This document shows positions 27,463-37,425 of a stretch of 64,000 bases of DNA, in pieces. Numbering within the stretch: the stretch's first letter is position 1; every line of letters begins with the position of its first letter. This DNA is from an uncultured Erysipelotrichaceae bacterium (GTDB lineage Bacteria > Bacillota_I > Bacilli_A > RF39 > UBA660), in NCBI GenBank assembly GCA_902793375.1, contig CADBDE010000003.1, forward strand, positions 30,039-94,038, written 5' to 3'. The notes beneath the pieces were generated by a model. The model saw nothing but the letters and a program-made list of their open reading frames with translations. It made no database searches and was not told the DNA's origin. Both the position numbers and the translations under genes were made by a program.

Positions 27463-28119
27463 CTAACATGTAATATTATCTTTTATTTTTTTTAATATTT
27501 TGCTCTCTTTTCTAGATACTTGTACTTGGGATATACCTAACTCCCTAGACGTTTCTATTTGACTTTTATCTTTAAAATATCTAATTTCAATTAGTTTTCT
27601 TTCATCATCTGGAAGTTGTTCTATTTCTTCTTTTAATGCAAGAATATCTTCATCATATCCCTTTTCGATATATGCTTCATAATCATAAAGATTAACATCA
27701 TTTTCATCTGATAAATCACAATCCATACTTTTTACTGTTAAGGATAAATTAATAGCATTAACAATATCACTTACAGAAACTTCTAAATAGCTAGCTAATT
27801 CTTCTATACTAGGTTCTTTAGAATTAACCTGTGTTAAATATTCTTTTACTCTTGATATAGATCGTATTAATTTATCATTATCATAGTTTCTTTTAATTGT
27901 TCTATTTTCTCTAATATATTTTAGTATTTCTCCCTTAATATAAAAATGAGCATAAGTAGAAAACTTAGCAATACTATCTTCTTTATAGTTTTCAAAAGCT
28001 TTTTGAAGTCCAATATTTCCTACTTGATATAAATCTTCTAAATCTTCTTCATTATAACAATATTTTTTAGCTATTCCATATATTAAGTTTTTAAACAGCT
28101 CTACTGTTTCATTATCCAT
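27463..28119 (-). CDS. sigF: Sporulation sigma factor, SigF-like (sigma-70 group 3)
   Basis: Region 4 LGISQVQVSRKESKILKKIK is nearly identical to B. subtilis SigF LGISQVQVSRLEKKILKQIK. Region 2 LYQVGNIGLQKAFENYK...FSTYAHFYIKGEILKYIR. Located directly upstream of spoVA genes, as in spoIIA-spoVA loci. Confidence 0.7.
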   Translation of the reverse strand: MDNETVELFKNLIYGIAKKYCYNEEDLEDLYQVGNIGLQKAFENYKEDSIAKFSTYAHFYIKGEILKYIRENRTIKRNYDNDKLIRSISRVKEYLTQVNSKEPSIEELASYLEVSVSDIVNAINLSLTVKSMDCDLSDENDVNLYDYEAYIEKGYDEDILALKEEIEQLPDDERKLIEIRYFKDKSQIETSRELGISQVQVSRKESKILKKIKDNITC

Positions 28120-28189
28120 TCATTTCACCTTTTCTTATAAACAAATATAGAACAATTTATAAAAAAAATATACACATTCGACAAAACTA

Positions 28190-28224
28190 GCTAAAAAAAG
28201 TATTCGACAAAAATCGAATACTTA
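28190..28224 (-). terminator. Rho-independent terminator after the glycosyltransferase gene
   Basis: Hairpin gtattcga-caaaaa-tcgaatac (28199-28222). The A-run on the plus strand at 28192-28198 gives a U-run in the minus transcript. Confidence 0.5.
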
Positions 28225-29193
28225 TTCTTTATCTTCTAAATTTTTATCTATTATATATCTTGGTCTTTGTTTAGTTTCACTATATATCTTACCAATATAT
28301 TCCCCAATTATTCCAATAGATAACATTTGTATTCCTGCAATTAACCAAATAGATCCCACAATAAACGTCCAACCAGCAACTGTCTGTCCAAGAAGTTTAA
28401 CAATAAGACAATATAACAGCATAATAATACTTAAAACAAATATTACTACTCCAATACTTAATACCATTCTTATTGGTTTAATACTAAATGAAGTAATTCC
28501 ATCCCAAGCAAAACTCATCATTTTTTTTAATGGATATTTTGACTTTCCAGCAAATCTTTTCTTTCTTTCATAATAAACTACGTCTGATTTAAATCCTACT
28601 AAAGGAAACATTCCTCTTAAAAATAAGTTTACTTCATTAAAATTAGAGAAAGCATCAAGTGCTTTTTTGCTTGTCAATCTATAGTCAGCATGGTTATATA
28701 CAATATCTACTCCCATAAACTTCATAAACTTATAAAATCCTTGAGCAGTAATTCTTTTGAAAAAAGAATCTTTTTTTCTTGAACTTCTTACACCATAAAC
28801 TACTTCAGAGCCATCATAATACTTATCAATCATCTCATCCATAGCATTTACATCATCTTGCAAATCGGCATCCATACTTATAACAATATCTGCATATTCT
28901 TTTGCAGTCATTAATCCCGCTAATAATGCATTTTGATGTCCTTCGTTTTTAGATAAAGAAATACCTGTAAACATCTTATCTTTTCTATTAATATCACTAA
29001 TTATTTTCCAAGTATTATCATGTGATCCATCATTTACAAACATTACTTTGCTATTACCAGATATCTTTTTTTTCTTAATTAATGATTCAAGTTTTTTCTT
29101 TAATTCTTTTATTGTTTCATTTAATACTTCCTCTTCATTAAAACATGGAACAACAACATACAAAGTATTTCCTCTTTTCATACAATCACTCAC
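28222..29193 (-). CDS. Family 2 glycosyltransferase, polyprenyl-phosphate sugar transferase type (GtrB/ArnC-like) with C-terminal TM helices
   Basis: LYVVVPCFNEEEVLNETI...VNDGSHDNT...ISMDADLQDD (DxD) GT-A signatures plus two C-terminal TM segments. Confidence 0.8.
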   Translation of the reverse strand: MSDCMKRGNTLYVVVPCFNEEEVLNETIKELKKKLESLIKKKKISGNSKVMFVNDGSHDNTWKIISDINRKDKMFTGISLSKNEGHQNALLAGLMTAKEYADIVISMDADLQDDVNAMDEMIDKYYDGSEVVYGVRSSRKKDSFFKRITAQGFYKFMKFMGVDIVYNHADYRLTSKKALDAFSNFNEVNLFLRGMFPLVGFKSDVVYYERKKRFAGKSKYPLKKMMSFAWDGITSFSIKPIRMVLSIGVVIFVLSIIMLLYCLIVKLLGQTVAGWTFIVGSIWLIAGIQMLSIGIIGEYIGKIYSETKQRPRYIIDKNLEDKE

Positions 29194-29238
29194 TAACTAA
29201 AAATATTATATCACTTAAAAACAAAAGTAAGAAACTAT

Positions 29239-29547
29239 TTATTTCTTACTTTTTCTTTTTCCTAAATGTCTAATTTTATAATATAATGCGGGTAAAAACA
29301 ATGAAATTATTGATCCAGTTACAACATAATTTATTACAAATTCATTAGATAATTCTTCATTCCATACAAAGTATCTTTTAATAATTAATACTAATATTAT
29401 TAATAATATATTAAGTATTACTGTAGCTTTTAAATAATAACCAAGGATTTCAAAAAAATCATATCCTTCTTCCATGAGAAATCTTTTAAATATATGAAGT
29501 AAAGTTATTAATAATGCTACAGAAAAAAAACATATTAATTGTCCCAT
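29239..29547 (-). CDS. Small polytopic membrane protein (possibly GtrA-like flippase-associated)
   Basis: 102 aa, 3-4 hydrophobic helices and a basic C-terminus. Adjacent to the GtrB-like gene. Confidence 0.3.
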   Translation of the reverse strand: MGQLICFFSVALLITLLHIFKRFLMEEGYDFFEILGYYLKATVILNILLIILVLIIKRYFVWNEELSNEFVINYVVTGSIISLFLPALYYKIRHLGKRKSKK

Positions 29548-29555
29548 ATTACCTC

Positions 29556-29942
29556 TTACTCAACCACTGTTTTCCAAAGTAAATGTTTATTACAATAAGC
29601 ATATAAAACCATTCCAGGAACATAATCAAATTCTTCTTTAACTTGTTCCCCTGGTTTATAATACTTTACAATTTCTTTATCTTCGTATGATGCTGAAATC
29701 CATTCAATATAATGATCTTCTTCCATTACATGATTTACTAATACTTCTATAACATCCCCATATTTTTCATATGTTGGAACATGTTTTTCAACTGCTCCAT
29801 CACTACTGTTTGCAGTTAAAGTTTTCATGTTTTCTCCGCAACATATAATTCCACAATTATCGCAATTACAATCTTCTATAACTCTTACTATTGCACCACA
29901 TTTCATGCACTTTTTAATAACTAATTCTCTCATATTAAACAC
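29556..29942 (-). CDS. dfx: Desulfoferrodoxin (class I superoxide reductase)
   Basis: N-terminal desulforedoxin-like Cys cluster (CMKCGAIV...CDNCGIICCGE) and the SOR signature EKHVPTYE, with downstream His/Cys ligands (HVMEEDHYIEW...YAYCNKH). Confidence 0.85.
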   Translation of the reverse strand: MFNMRELVIKKCMKCGAIVRVIEDCNCDNCGIICCGENMKTLTANSSDGAVEKHVPTYEKYGDVIEVLVNHVMEEDHYIEWISASYEDKEIVKYYKPGEQVKEEFDYVPGMVLYAYCNKHLLWKTVVE

Positions 29943-30023
29943 CTCACAAATTCAATATACCTTTTTTTTGTAATTTAATCAAGTATATATTATTTATACT
30001 TTTTCAAAAATCCTTTCTATAAA

Positions 30024-30052
30024 GATAAAAGTCACTTATACGTGACTTCTAT
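30024..30052 (-). terminator. Rho-independent terminator downstream of the small peptide gene
   Basis: Hairpin aagtcac-ttatac-gtgactt followed (minus sense) by ttttatcttt. Confidence 0.45.
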
Positions 30053-30180
30053 TCTTCTTTTTTCTCTTTTTTTACTTCTTGCCCTTTATTCTTATTTTTT
30101 CTAATAAACCCAAGAGTTACTACTGAAGCAACAGCTGCTAAAGCAGCTCCAACTCCAATTGCTACTTTTTTCTTACTCAT
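30046..30180 (-). CDS. Small hydrophobic peptide (44 aa) with Lys-rich tail
   Basis: MSKKKVAIGVGAALAAVASVVTLGFIRKNKNKGQEVKKEKKEE, RBS aggaggt upstream, own terminator. Not in the ORF track because it is under 60 aa. Confidence 0.35.
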
Positions 30181-30269
30181 AAATACCTCCTATATAAGTT
30201 TCTTATATATAATATTATAAAATAAGCATTATAATTTTACAACAAGTCAAACATATTTATATGTAAACT

Positions 30270-30989
30270 TTACTTAAAAAATGGTTTCTTGTTTAAAACT
30301 TTTACGTGTTGTTTTACATCAAGATAATTATCAGCTCTATCAATCATTACATATCCTAAATCTGGAGAATGATTTGTATTATATGGATTTACTATTGATG
30401 GAAGCGCAATAATAATTTTATTGTTATAAACAAATTCCTCAAATCTATTTTTTCCACCAATTAACACTAGATCCTTGTCATAATTCTTAATTATACTATT
30501 AAGTCTTATACTTGGATCATATGTGTGACCTTTATAAGTCATTATTTCCCCATCATTAAATCCAAGATTATTTTGCTTACCATATGTACATTTTAATAAT
30601 GTATCATTGTAAACCACCCTATCAAATCCTAAATCCTCTATATCTTCTCTTTTTCTAGATAACTCTTTATTCATATTAATAAGATTTCTTTTTAATACAT
30701 AAATCTCAGTAGCTCCAGATAACACTTTATATCTTATATTAACATTTTTAGGAAGAATATTTGCTACTCTATCTATTTCTTCTTCAACTTTTCTTCTATT
30801 TTCAATATTTTTTTTAGAAAAGTTATACATCCCTCCACAAATAACAATATTATTACATTTATTATTTTCACATTCTTCTATTAATTTATTAAATTGTTCT
30901 ACTGTAAATTGGTCATCATCTTTGCTTTTTCCAAATGATGGATTAGCAATAAAACATGATATTCTATTCATTATATTACCTCCTTTCAT
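30270..30989 (-). CDS. Hypothetical protein, possibly a degenerate calcineurin-like metallophosphoesterase
   Basis: Layout resembles the MPE fold (ISCFIANPSFG...NIVICGGMYNF...VLIGGKNRFEE), but the canonical metal-ligand His/Asp residues are mostly replaced. Confidence 0.3.
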   Translation of the reverse strand: MKGGNIMNRISCFIANPSFGKSKDDDQFTVEQFNKLIEECENNKCNNIVICGGMYNFSKKNIENRRKVEEEIDRVANILPKNVNIRYKVLSGATEIYVLKRNLINMNKELSRKREDIEDLGFDRVVYNDTLLKCTYGKQNNLGFNDGEIMTYKGHTYDPSIRLNSIIKNYDKDLVLIGGKNRFEEFVYNNKIIIALPSIVNPYNTNHSPDLGYVMIDRADNYLDVKQHVKVLNKKPFFK

Positions 30990-31045
30990 TAGAGCTTTTA
31001 AATTGTATCACAAAACAAAAAACGAGTCAATTATGACTCGTTATA

Positions 31046-31573
31046 TTATTCTACTAAATCTAATGTTTGATATTCGTATGTTTTGTACTTTTCTCTTGTA
31101 TAGTTTCCTTGAGTAACAGTTGCAGTTCTTATATCTCCTTCATCAGTTCTAACTTTAAGTTTATCTCCCTTTTTTAGTATAACGTTTTCAGGAGCAACAT
31201 ATATTAGATTTTTCTTAGTTCCATAAAACTTAACTTTTACATATGTTTCTTGATTAGAATTAACTTTTATTATTCTTTTTGTTTTTTTAGCTGCATTTGT
31301 TTTTTTAGTTTTCTTTGCTTGTTTCTTTTTAACAACAACTATTTTATCTTCATCATCATCTTCATCTAATAAAAACTTATTAGTTTTCTTTACAGTAGTA
31401 TATCTACTATCTCTCATCTTATACATAATTCCTATAAGAATTGTCCATATAATTGTTAAGAATAAAATAATTGCTAAACATATTAATAATTTATCAACAT
31501 TTGAAATACTACCATTTTCCACTACATCTAAAAACATAATTTCACCAAAACCTTTCCCTTTTTTATGTCGCAT
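31046..31573 (-). CDS. Hypothetical membrane-anchored protein with Lys-rich linker and small C-terminal beta-rich domain
   Basis: TM helix LLICLAIILFLTIIWTILIGIMY, then KKKQAKKTKKTNAAKKTKR, then C-terminal VKVKFYGTKKNLIYVAPENVILKKGDKLKVRTDEGDIRTATV. Confidence 0.35.
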   Translation of the reverse strand: MRHKKGKGFGEIMFLDVVENGSISNVDKLLICLAIILFLTIIWTILIGIMYKMRDSRYTTVKKTNKFLLDEDDDEDKIVVVKKKQAKKTKKTNAAKKTKRIIKVNSNQETYVKVKFYGTKKNLIYVAPENVILKKGDKLKVRTDEGDIRTATVTQGNYTREKYKTYEYQTLDLVE

Positions 31574-31609
31574 ATTATATCATATTTTTTTTATTTTGTC
31601 TAGTTTTTA

Positions 31610-32731
31610 TTATTTCCTAGTCTTTTTATAATTTTCTATATTAAGTATTTTACATTTGTGTTCGTTAATTTCTTCAACCTGTTCAGTATAAAACAAATTA
31701 GACTTTATAATATTTTTTATATTATTATAATTCATTTTATCTATAAAAGAATGATTTAACACATCTTTATAATTCTTTTTATCTTCATTAACAATATCAA
31801 TATCTAATGAATCAATTAGTTGGTATTGAACTAGTTTATCTTGTATTCCATATTTCATTCCTACAATAGTTACTATTTCTCTTTCTGATAATATGCCTTT
31901 TTCTTTATGCTCATCAAAATAGTCTTCAATTTCTCCACCTAATATATTAAATCTATTTGATTCATTTACATCAACATATTTATCCCATCTTTTTGAAACA
32001 TATTTATATTTAACAATTACATCTTTTAGCAATTCTTTATTAACACAAATGTAATCAGATAACATTTCATCATAAATTCTTATTGCCTCAATTAAAGCAT
32101 TATATATTCCTTTTTCTTCTAATTCTTCAAGTGATTGGTATTGTTTATGAAGTATTCTATCAAGAGCATAATAGTCATCAATAAATAACTCATTAATCAT
32201 TTTCTTAGCATAAAAATCTGTTACAATTTTATTATTTTTGTATAAATCAAAAACATACCAAAATCCAAGTCCCACATCACTTTGAAATTCATAATCATCC
32301 TTTTCAAAATATTTTGCATGTTCAACTTGTAATCTTAAAGCTGTATAAAGAACATTTCTCATTAATTCGTATTGATAATATCTATCATCATTTTTAGATT
32401 TTAATAAATTTCTCATTATAATTGATATCTCTATTATATTATCATTATCATCAGTATTTTTTGTATAATAATCTACACAGTTACATAAAAAATCTAAATT
32501 ATTATTAAATTTTTTAATAAGAAATCTGATAAATCCAGTATCAGTTTTTACTTTATTAGAGCAATAGAAATACATTTTGTAATCATTAGATACATTTAAT
32601 ACTCTTTCCATAAAATACTTATTATTTTCTAATTGCTCAATAGGAAAATCTGATATGTCTTTACCATCTATATAATCATTAACTAATTTATTAATATCAA
32701 CAGCCATAAGAACCCCCACAAAATTGTTCAT
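31610..32731 (-). CDS. Hypothetical protein (373 aa)
   Basis: Long ORF with coding-like composition. No recognizable motif. Confidence 0.4.
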   Translation of the reverse strand: MNNFVGVLMAVDINKLVNDYIDGKDISDFPIEQLENNKYFMERVLNVSNDYKMYFYCSNKVKTDTGFIRFLIKKFNNNLDFLCNCVDYYTKNTDDNDNIIEISIIMRNLLKSKNDDRYYQYELMRNVLYTALRLQVEHAKYFEKDDYEFQSDVGLGFWYVFDLYKNNKIVTDFYAKKMINELFIDDYYALDRILHKQYQSLEELEEKGIYNALIEAIRIYDEMLSDYICVNKELLKDVIVKYKYVSKRWDKYVDVNESNRFNILGGEIEDYFDEHKEKGILSEREIVTIVGMKYGIQDKLVQYQLIDSLDIDIVNEDKKNYKDVLNHSFIDKMNYNNIKNIIKSNLFYTEQVEEINEHKCKILNIENYKKTRK

Positions 32732-32908
32732 TATTATATCATAATAATTATTATTTGTCTATATAAAAGAAGCTTATTATTTAACAAGCTTCTTAACACA
32801 TGCTCTTGAATGATTAATAAAATCAATTGAATTGAATATTTCTTAATATAGATAAAAACATTTATCATTGAGCATTTTTAAAGTCAAAAAAAGAAACTCA
32901 CGTTTCTT

Positions 32909-33784
32909 TTATAAATATCTTTTTCTTTTAGTTCTATTCATAGTTTGTTTATAAAAGTCATCTTCTACTAACTCGAGACCTTCTTTTGAAATAAGAGAAT
33001 CTTCTATTCCATTTATAATTTTATTTCTAATATCAATAGCGTTTCTAACTTCTTTAATATCAGTATTATAGTAATCTACTATATCTTTTACAAATCTTTC
33101 TTTACGCTCTAATCTTCTAATTGATTCTTCCATAATTTCATTAGTAAGTGGATGTAGATTAGATTCTTCGACTATCTTTCTTAATTTGTTTTGCTCTTTT
33201 TCTAAGTCAAATGTATTAATAATATCTAGACTAGGGATTTCATTACCACTTATAGATACTAATGAATTACCATCAATTGTTATAATTCTATTTCCACATT
33301 TAATTCCATCTTTATTAAATTCATATAATTTGTTATTGTCTTTTAAACAAATTCTATCAAGTCCTAAACCAAAACTTGCAATTTCTTTTCCATATTTATC
33401 ACAATATTTAGTTCTTACTCCATTCATTATATCGTGCCTATGAACATTTTCAAAAGATTCATAACCAGGTTCTAATCCAATATTATTTGACAAATTAATA
33501 TAATCTCCATTATTCAATAAATAATCTAAAGATATATCATGCCTAATATATTTAACTGTTCTATTATAATCATCTTTTGTTTCTTCTTCGTTATAATTAA
33601 TCTTTATATTTGTTTGATGTCCTAATGAATCAGTTACTTTAAACTCATTACCATGTTTTTCGTAATTATATTTAACACCATTTAACTCTACTTCTCCATT
33701 AAGTTCATTAATATCAGTAGTTACCCCCATTCTTCCAATAATTCCTGCTATTTCTTTTAATCCAAGATCAATAAATAATTCCAT
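32909..33784 (-). CDS. Hypothetical protein (291 aa)
   Basis: ORF only; basic C-terminus RTKRKRYL. Confidence 0.4.
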   Translation of the reverse strand: MELFIDLGLKEIAGIIGRMGVTTDINELNGEVELNGVKYNYEKHGNEFKVTDSLGHQTNIKINYNEEETKDDYNRTVKYIRHDISLDYLLNNGDYINLSNNIGLEPGYESFENVHRHDIMNGVRTKYCDKYGKEIASFGLGLDRICLKDNNKLYEFNKDGIKCGNRIITIDGNSLVSISGNEIPSLDIINTFDLEKEQNKLRKIVEESNLHPLTNEIMEESIRRLERKERFVKDIVDYYNTDIKEVRNAIDIRNKIINGIEDSLISKEGLELVEDDFYKQTMNRTKRKRYL

Positions 33785-33797
33785 AAAACCTCCACTG

Positions 33798-34724
33798 TTA
33801 CCTTACTATTATAATACTATTATTATTATTTAAAAGCTTTTTTTTCTTTTCTTTATTAATATGTTTCATAAATAAATCTTTTATTGCTTGATTCATTTTA
33901 TTTTCTCTTTCATCTTTCATAGGACATTCATTAGATAATTCTAAATTCTTACAAGAATAATTATTATTAACAAACTTAAAATAATTAGTAATAAACTCTT
34001 TAGCTGAAAGCTTTTCAATCATTTTAATAAATTTAATAAATTCATTCTTTTTATTTGGCATATATTTTTCAAATTGTTTATAAATTGCAATTAAATGTTC
34101 TTCATTAAATTCGAGTCTACTAACAACATTTTCTTTATAAAATGAAGGAACTGGTATCATTCCAATATTAGTTAAAAATTCTTTTCCTAACTCTTCCTCT
34201 GTATAATTATTCTTTACAAATTCTACTGGTCCATTTCCATCAAGTATAAACATATATCTATTAAATATTATTGGTATTTTTATATTAATATTTTTATCAT
34301 ATTCACTTATTTCGCTATACTCATAATATGCATCATTAATATCATTTAATGTTTCTAAATCAAAATCATTAACATGAATGTCACTCCTAAGAAGTTTATT
34401 CACATTTTTGTAATTGTCTAACTTTTTAGTCATTTTATAAGTATCTTTTTTTACTTTATCAGAAAAATAATCTGATTTTATAAAGTCTTCAATTACTTTA
34501 GAATATGTTGGATCTATATAAGGTCTTCTAATAATATAATAAATATATAAATCAAGAGCATTATTAACTATTCTTCCATTATCTTCTAACTTTTTTCCAT
34601 CTAAGAATTTACATATACTAATTAATTTTTCTACAGTTAAATCTGCATCAGGAAACAATACTTTTCTACAAAAATCATCATATGTATATTGTCCTACAAG
34701 GCTAGGAGTCATATTATCACTCAT
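33798..34724 (-). CDS. Hypothetical protein (308 aa)
   Basis: ORF only. Confidence 0.4.
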   Translation of the reverse strand: MSDNMTPSLVGQYTYDDFCRKVLFPDADLTVEKLISICKFLDGKKLEDNGRIVNNALDLYIYYIIRRPYIDPTYSKVIEDFIKSDYFSDKVKKDTYKMTKKLDNYKNVNKLLRSDIHVNDFDLETLNDINDAYYEYSEISEYDKNINIKIPIIFNRYMFILDGNGPVEFVKNNYTEEELGKEFLTNIGMIPVPSFYKENVVSRLEFNEEHLIAIYKQFEKYMPNKKNEFIKFIKMIEKLSAKEFITNYFKFVNNNYSCKNLELSNECPMKDERENKMNQAIKDLFMKHINKEKKKKLLNNNNSIIIVR

Positions 34725-34800
34725 TTCTAAAAAAACTATGTAGATACAATACCTACATAGTTATCTATAATATCATATTCAGATAATTGAATCAAGACAA

Positions 34801-35373
34801 TTAAATATTAGAAAAAGCTGGTTTTAATACTTTTTTAGGGCTTCCTAATGATAAAACATAATCTTTACTTCCCATTACGTGTTCTTGTAAAACTGAAGTA
34901 TCTTTTATTCTTCCTGCATAATCATAAGTAGGAAGAAGAATATATTTTGATTGAAGTATTTGAGGAATTTTCTGTTCATTTAATCTAATTTCATATTTTC
35001 TATCATATTGTTTAGATTGTTTTATTAATTCATATGATGTTTCAATATTAGAATCTTTTAATTTTGAAACTAATTTCTTTAATTCTTGTTCACTTTTTTC
35101 TTTATATAAATCTGTTTTTAAAGCTAAATGTGGTAATAAATTAATTGTATAAACAATACCAAATTGTGCTATTAACATAGTTATGATCTTTTTAATATCT
35201 CCTTTATAGATTAGACAATCCAATCCTAAAAATACTGGAAGATTAATCTTAGCCCAATCTCCTTTATTATTTCTAGTTATTTTTTTTATAGAAAATTTTT
35301 CATTTACATTCTTAACTGCACATATTAAATCATAATTAATTAAAACATTCATAATAATTCCCTCAAAGTGCAA
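34801..35373 (-). CDS. Hypothetical protein (190 aa)
   Basis: ORF only, located 43 nt downstream of the Macro-domain gene. Confidence 0.4.
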   Translation of the reverse strand: MHFEGIIMNVLINYDLICAVKNVNEKFSIKKITRNNKGDWAKINLPVFLGLDCLIYKGDIKKIITMLIAQFGIVYTINLLPHLALKTDLYKEKSEQELKKLVSKLKDSNIETSYELIKQSKQYDRKYEIRLNEQKIPQILQSKYILLPTYDYAGRIKDTSVLQEHVMGSKDYVLSLGSPKKVLKPAFSNI

Positions 35374-35416
35374 TTATTATAACAAAAAAAATATAATTAT
35401 TCAAATATAACGAGTA

Positions 35417-35941
35417 TTAATCTAATAATACTCTTATTTGATCGTATTCATGTTTTGTAAAAGCACATAATCTAACATTTATTTCATAATCTTTATTATC
35501 CTCAATAAATTTATTGTATGCTTTGATACACTCTCTAGCAGACTCTATAGTTGGATTAGATAATTTTCCTCCAAATATTCCTGAACTAATAAGTGGAAAA
35601 GATATACTATGAAGATTATTTTCTTTTAAAATTTTTAAAGAATTGAAATAAGCATTAAATAATTTATTAAAAGCATCAGGAGTCCTGTTAAAATCTGGTC
35701 CTACTGCATGAATAATATATTTAGCATTAGTTATATTAAATGCTGGTGTTATTACTGCCTCTCCATCATTTAATGGAATTTGATATTTGCTACAAGCAGT
35801 AGTTAACTCTTTGTATCCTGCTCTTGAAAAAATAGCTCCACAAACTCCACCACCACTTGCTAAATATTTATTTGCAGCGTTTACTATCGCATCTACTTCT
35901 TCATCAACACAAGAAGCATTAATAAACTCTAATTTACTCAT
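35417..35941 (-). CDS. Macro-domain protein (ADP-ribose binding / O-acetyl-ADP-ribose deacetylase, YmdB-like)
   Basis: IVNAANKYLASGGGVCGAIF, IHAVGP and ISFPLISSGIFGG are the three canonical Macro-domain motifs. Confidence 0.8.
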   Translation of the reverse strand: MSKLEFINASCVDEEVDAIVNAANKYLASGGGVCGAIFSRAGYKELTTACSKYQIPLNDGEAVITPAFNITNAKYIIHAVGPDFNRTPDAFNKLFNAYFNSLKILKENNLHSISFPLISSGIFGGKLSNPTIESARECIKAYNKFIEDNKDYEINVRLCAFTKHEYDQIRVLLD

Positions 35942-36044
35942 ATTCTACCTTTTTGTCTCCTTTTATTGTATATAATACACTTATTATTATCTAATCTTAC
36001 ATCACTATTTATTGAAATAGCATCTACTTATATTAAGTATAACA

Positions 36045-36084
36045 TTTAAAAAGCAATTAGAATACTAATTGCTTTATTTTTTTA
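36045..36084 (-). terminator. Hairpin terminator (bidirectional) overlapping the stop of 36074..37339
   Basis: aagcaattag-aatac-taattgctt followed by attttttt on the plus strand, and by an A-run on the other side. Confidence 0.45.
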
Positions 36085-37339
36085 CTCTAACATAACTTGT
36101 AAACCATTTGTTAAAATCTTCTTTTGAATTTGAGTACTTTAAGTCATCATTACTTTCAGCATCTGTATATGCAAGTATTTCTCCTTTATAGATTATCATT
36201 ACTGAAGGAGCATATTTTACTTTTTCAAATAATCTTGAATTTTTATATATTTTTAATCCAATATTATAAATATAAAGATCATTTTCTTTTGCAAGAGCCA
36301 AGATATTGTTTTCTAAACTTACTTCTCCTTCTATACTAGAATAGCAAAAGTCTCCATTAGTTAGTAATATAACAAATGATTCCTTATTATCAAGCATTTG
36401 ATTTATTTTTTTTCCATACTCTACTGATTTATTATCTATTTTTTCTTCTATTTCTGTTGCTTTATCAGTTCCTGCAAAAGCAGTATATTCACTTTTATAT
36501 TCGTATAGATTTAGTTCCTCTATTCCTTTTCCAGAAGCATTATTATAATATTTATCATCTATATAGATAGGTAATTCTATCTCTTTTTTTATTTCTTTTA
36601 ATTCATCAAATTTTATTTCATGATATGGAACTGTACTAAAATCATAACCATCTTCTGTTTTATTAACTTTTATATCATTTTTTCCTTCATAATACCAATA
36701 ACCACCAATATTATATATTTTAGTTTCGTCCCATCCAAGTGATACAAGAAATGCTTTAGTCATTCCAGCATATCCTCCACCACCACACATTAAAAAAATT
36801 ACTTTATCTTTTGGAAATAGTTCTTCTATAATACTTAATGATTCTTCATAATTCGGAACATAATTACCATTTTCATCAACACCAAATAAAGTTTTTCCAG
36901 AATAAGTACTTCCTACTACTTCAGGAAGACCTTCAACTGGTACTATATAAGGAAGTGGTATTACTTCAAATCCTTTAATATATCCTGATAAAAATCTATC
37001 CCCTCCAATATTTTCATATTGAGCTGGATCATCTAACATTCTCATGTCTCTATATACTGAATCACTTCTATTTAAATATTCATCTATATTAGATTCATTA
37101 ATATTTTTATCTATTCCAAGCTGTCCACGCTCTCCTCCAGTTACTTCAGGAAGTGGAAGAGGTTTTAAATTTCCTTCATTACCATTTTCAGTATTATTTG
37201 ATTTATTATTTGATGTTAATAAAAATATAACTCCAATTACTATTAGTAAAACTGAAGCAATTATAGCAATAATACCTTTATTAAATTTCTTTTTTGTTGG
37301 ATCAGTAATTATTTCTTCATTATTATTCACAATATACAT
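36074..37339 (-). CDS. Hypothetical membrane-anchored extracytoplasmic protein (421 aa)
   Basis: N-terminal TM helix IIAIIASVLLIVIGVIFLL, then a large domain with CGGGGYAG and a C-terminal thioredoxin-like pattern (FVILLTNGDFCYSSIE) that is only weakly suggestive. Confidence 0.35.
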   Translation of the reverse strand: MYIVNNNEEIITDPTKKKFNKGIIAIIASVLLIVIGVIFLLTSNNKSNNTENGNEGNLKPLPLPEVTGGERGQLGIDKNINESNIDEYLNRSDSVYRDMRMLDDPAQYENIGGDRFLSGYIKGFEVIPLPYIVPVEGLPEVVGSTYSGKTLFGVDENGNYVPNYEESLSIIEELFPKDKVIFLMCGGGGYAGMTKAFLVSLGWDETKIYNIGGYWYYEGKNDIKVNKTEDGYDFSTVPYHEIKFDELKEIKKEIELPIYIDDKYYNNASGKGIEELNLYEYKSEYTAFAGTDKATEIEEKIDNKSVEYGKKINQMLDNKESFVILLTNGDFCYSSIEGEVSLENNILALAKENDLYIYNIGLKIYKNSRLFEKVKYAPSVMIIYKGEILAYTDAESNDDLKYSNSKEDFNKWFTSYVRVKK

Positions 37340-37384
37340 CTCCTATCCTCTTATAGATTATAATATCACAAATAAAAAATTAAA

Positions 37385-37422
37385 AAAGTGGAAATATTAT
37401 TTTCCACTCTTTTATTTTATAA
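37385..37422 (-). terminator. Rho-independent terminator after 37426..38034
   Basis: agtggaaaa-tatt-attttccact with T-runs on both sides. Confidence 0.5.
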
Positions 37423-37425
37423 ATG

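Noticed and set aside
30181-30269. Near-palindromic AT-rich stretch (caaacatatttatatgtaaac) upstream of orf 30270..30989
   Set aside because: Arms are not truly complementary on inspection; indistinguishable from background AT-rich sequence.
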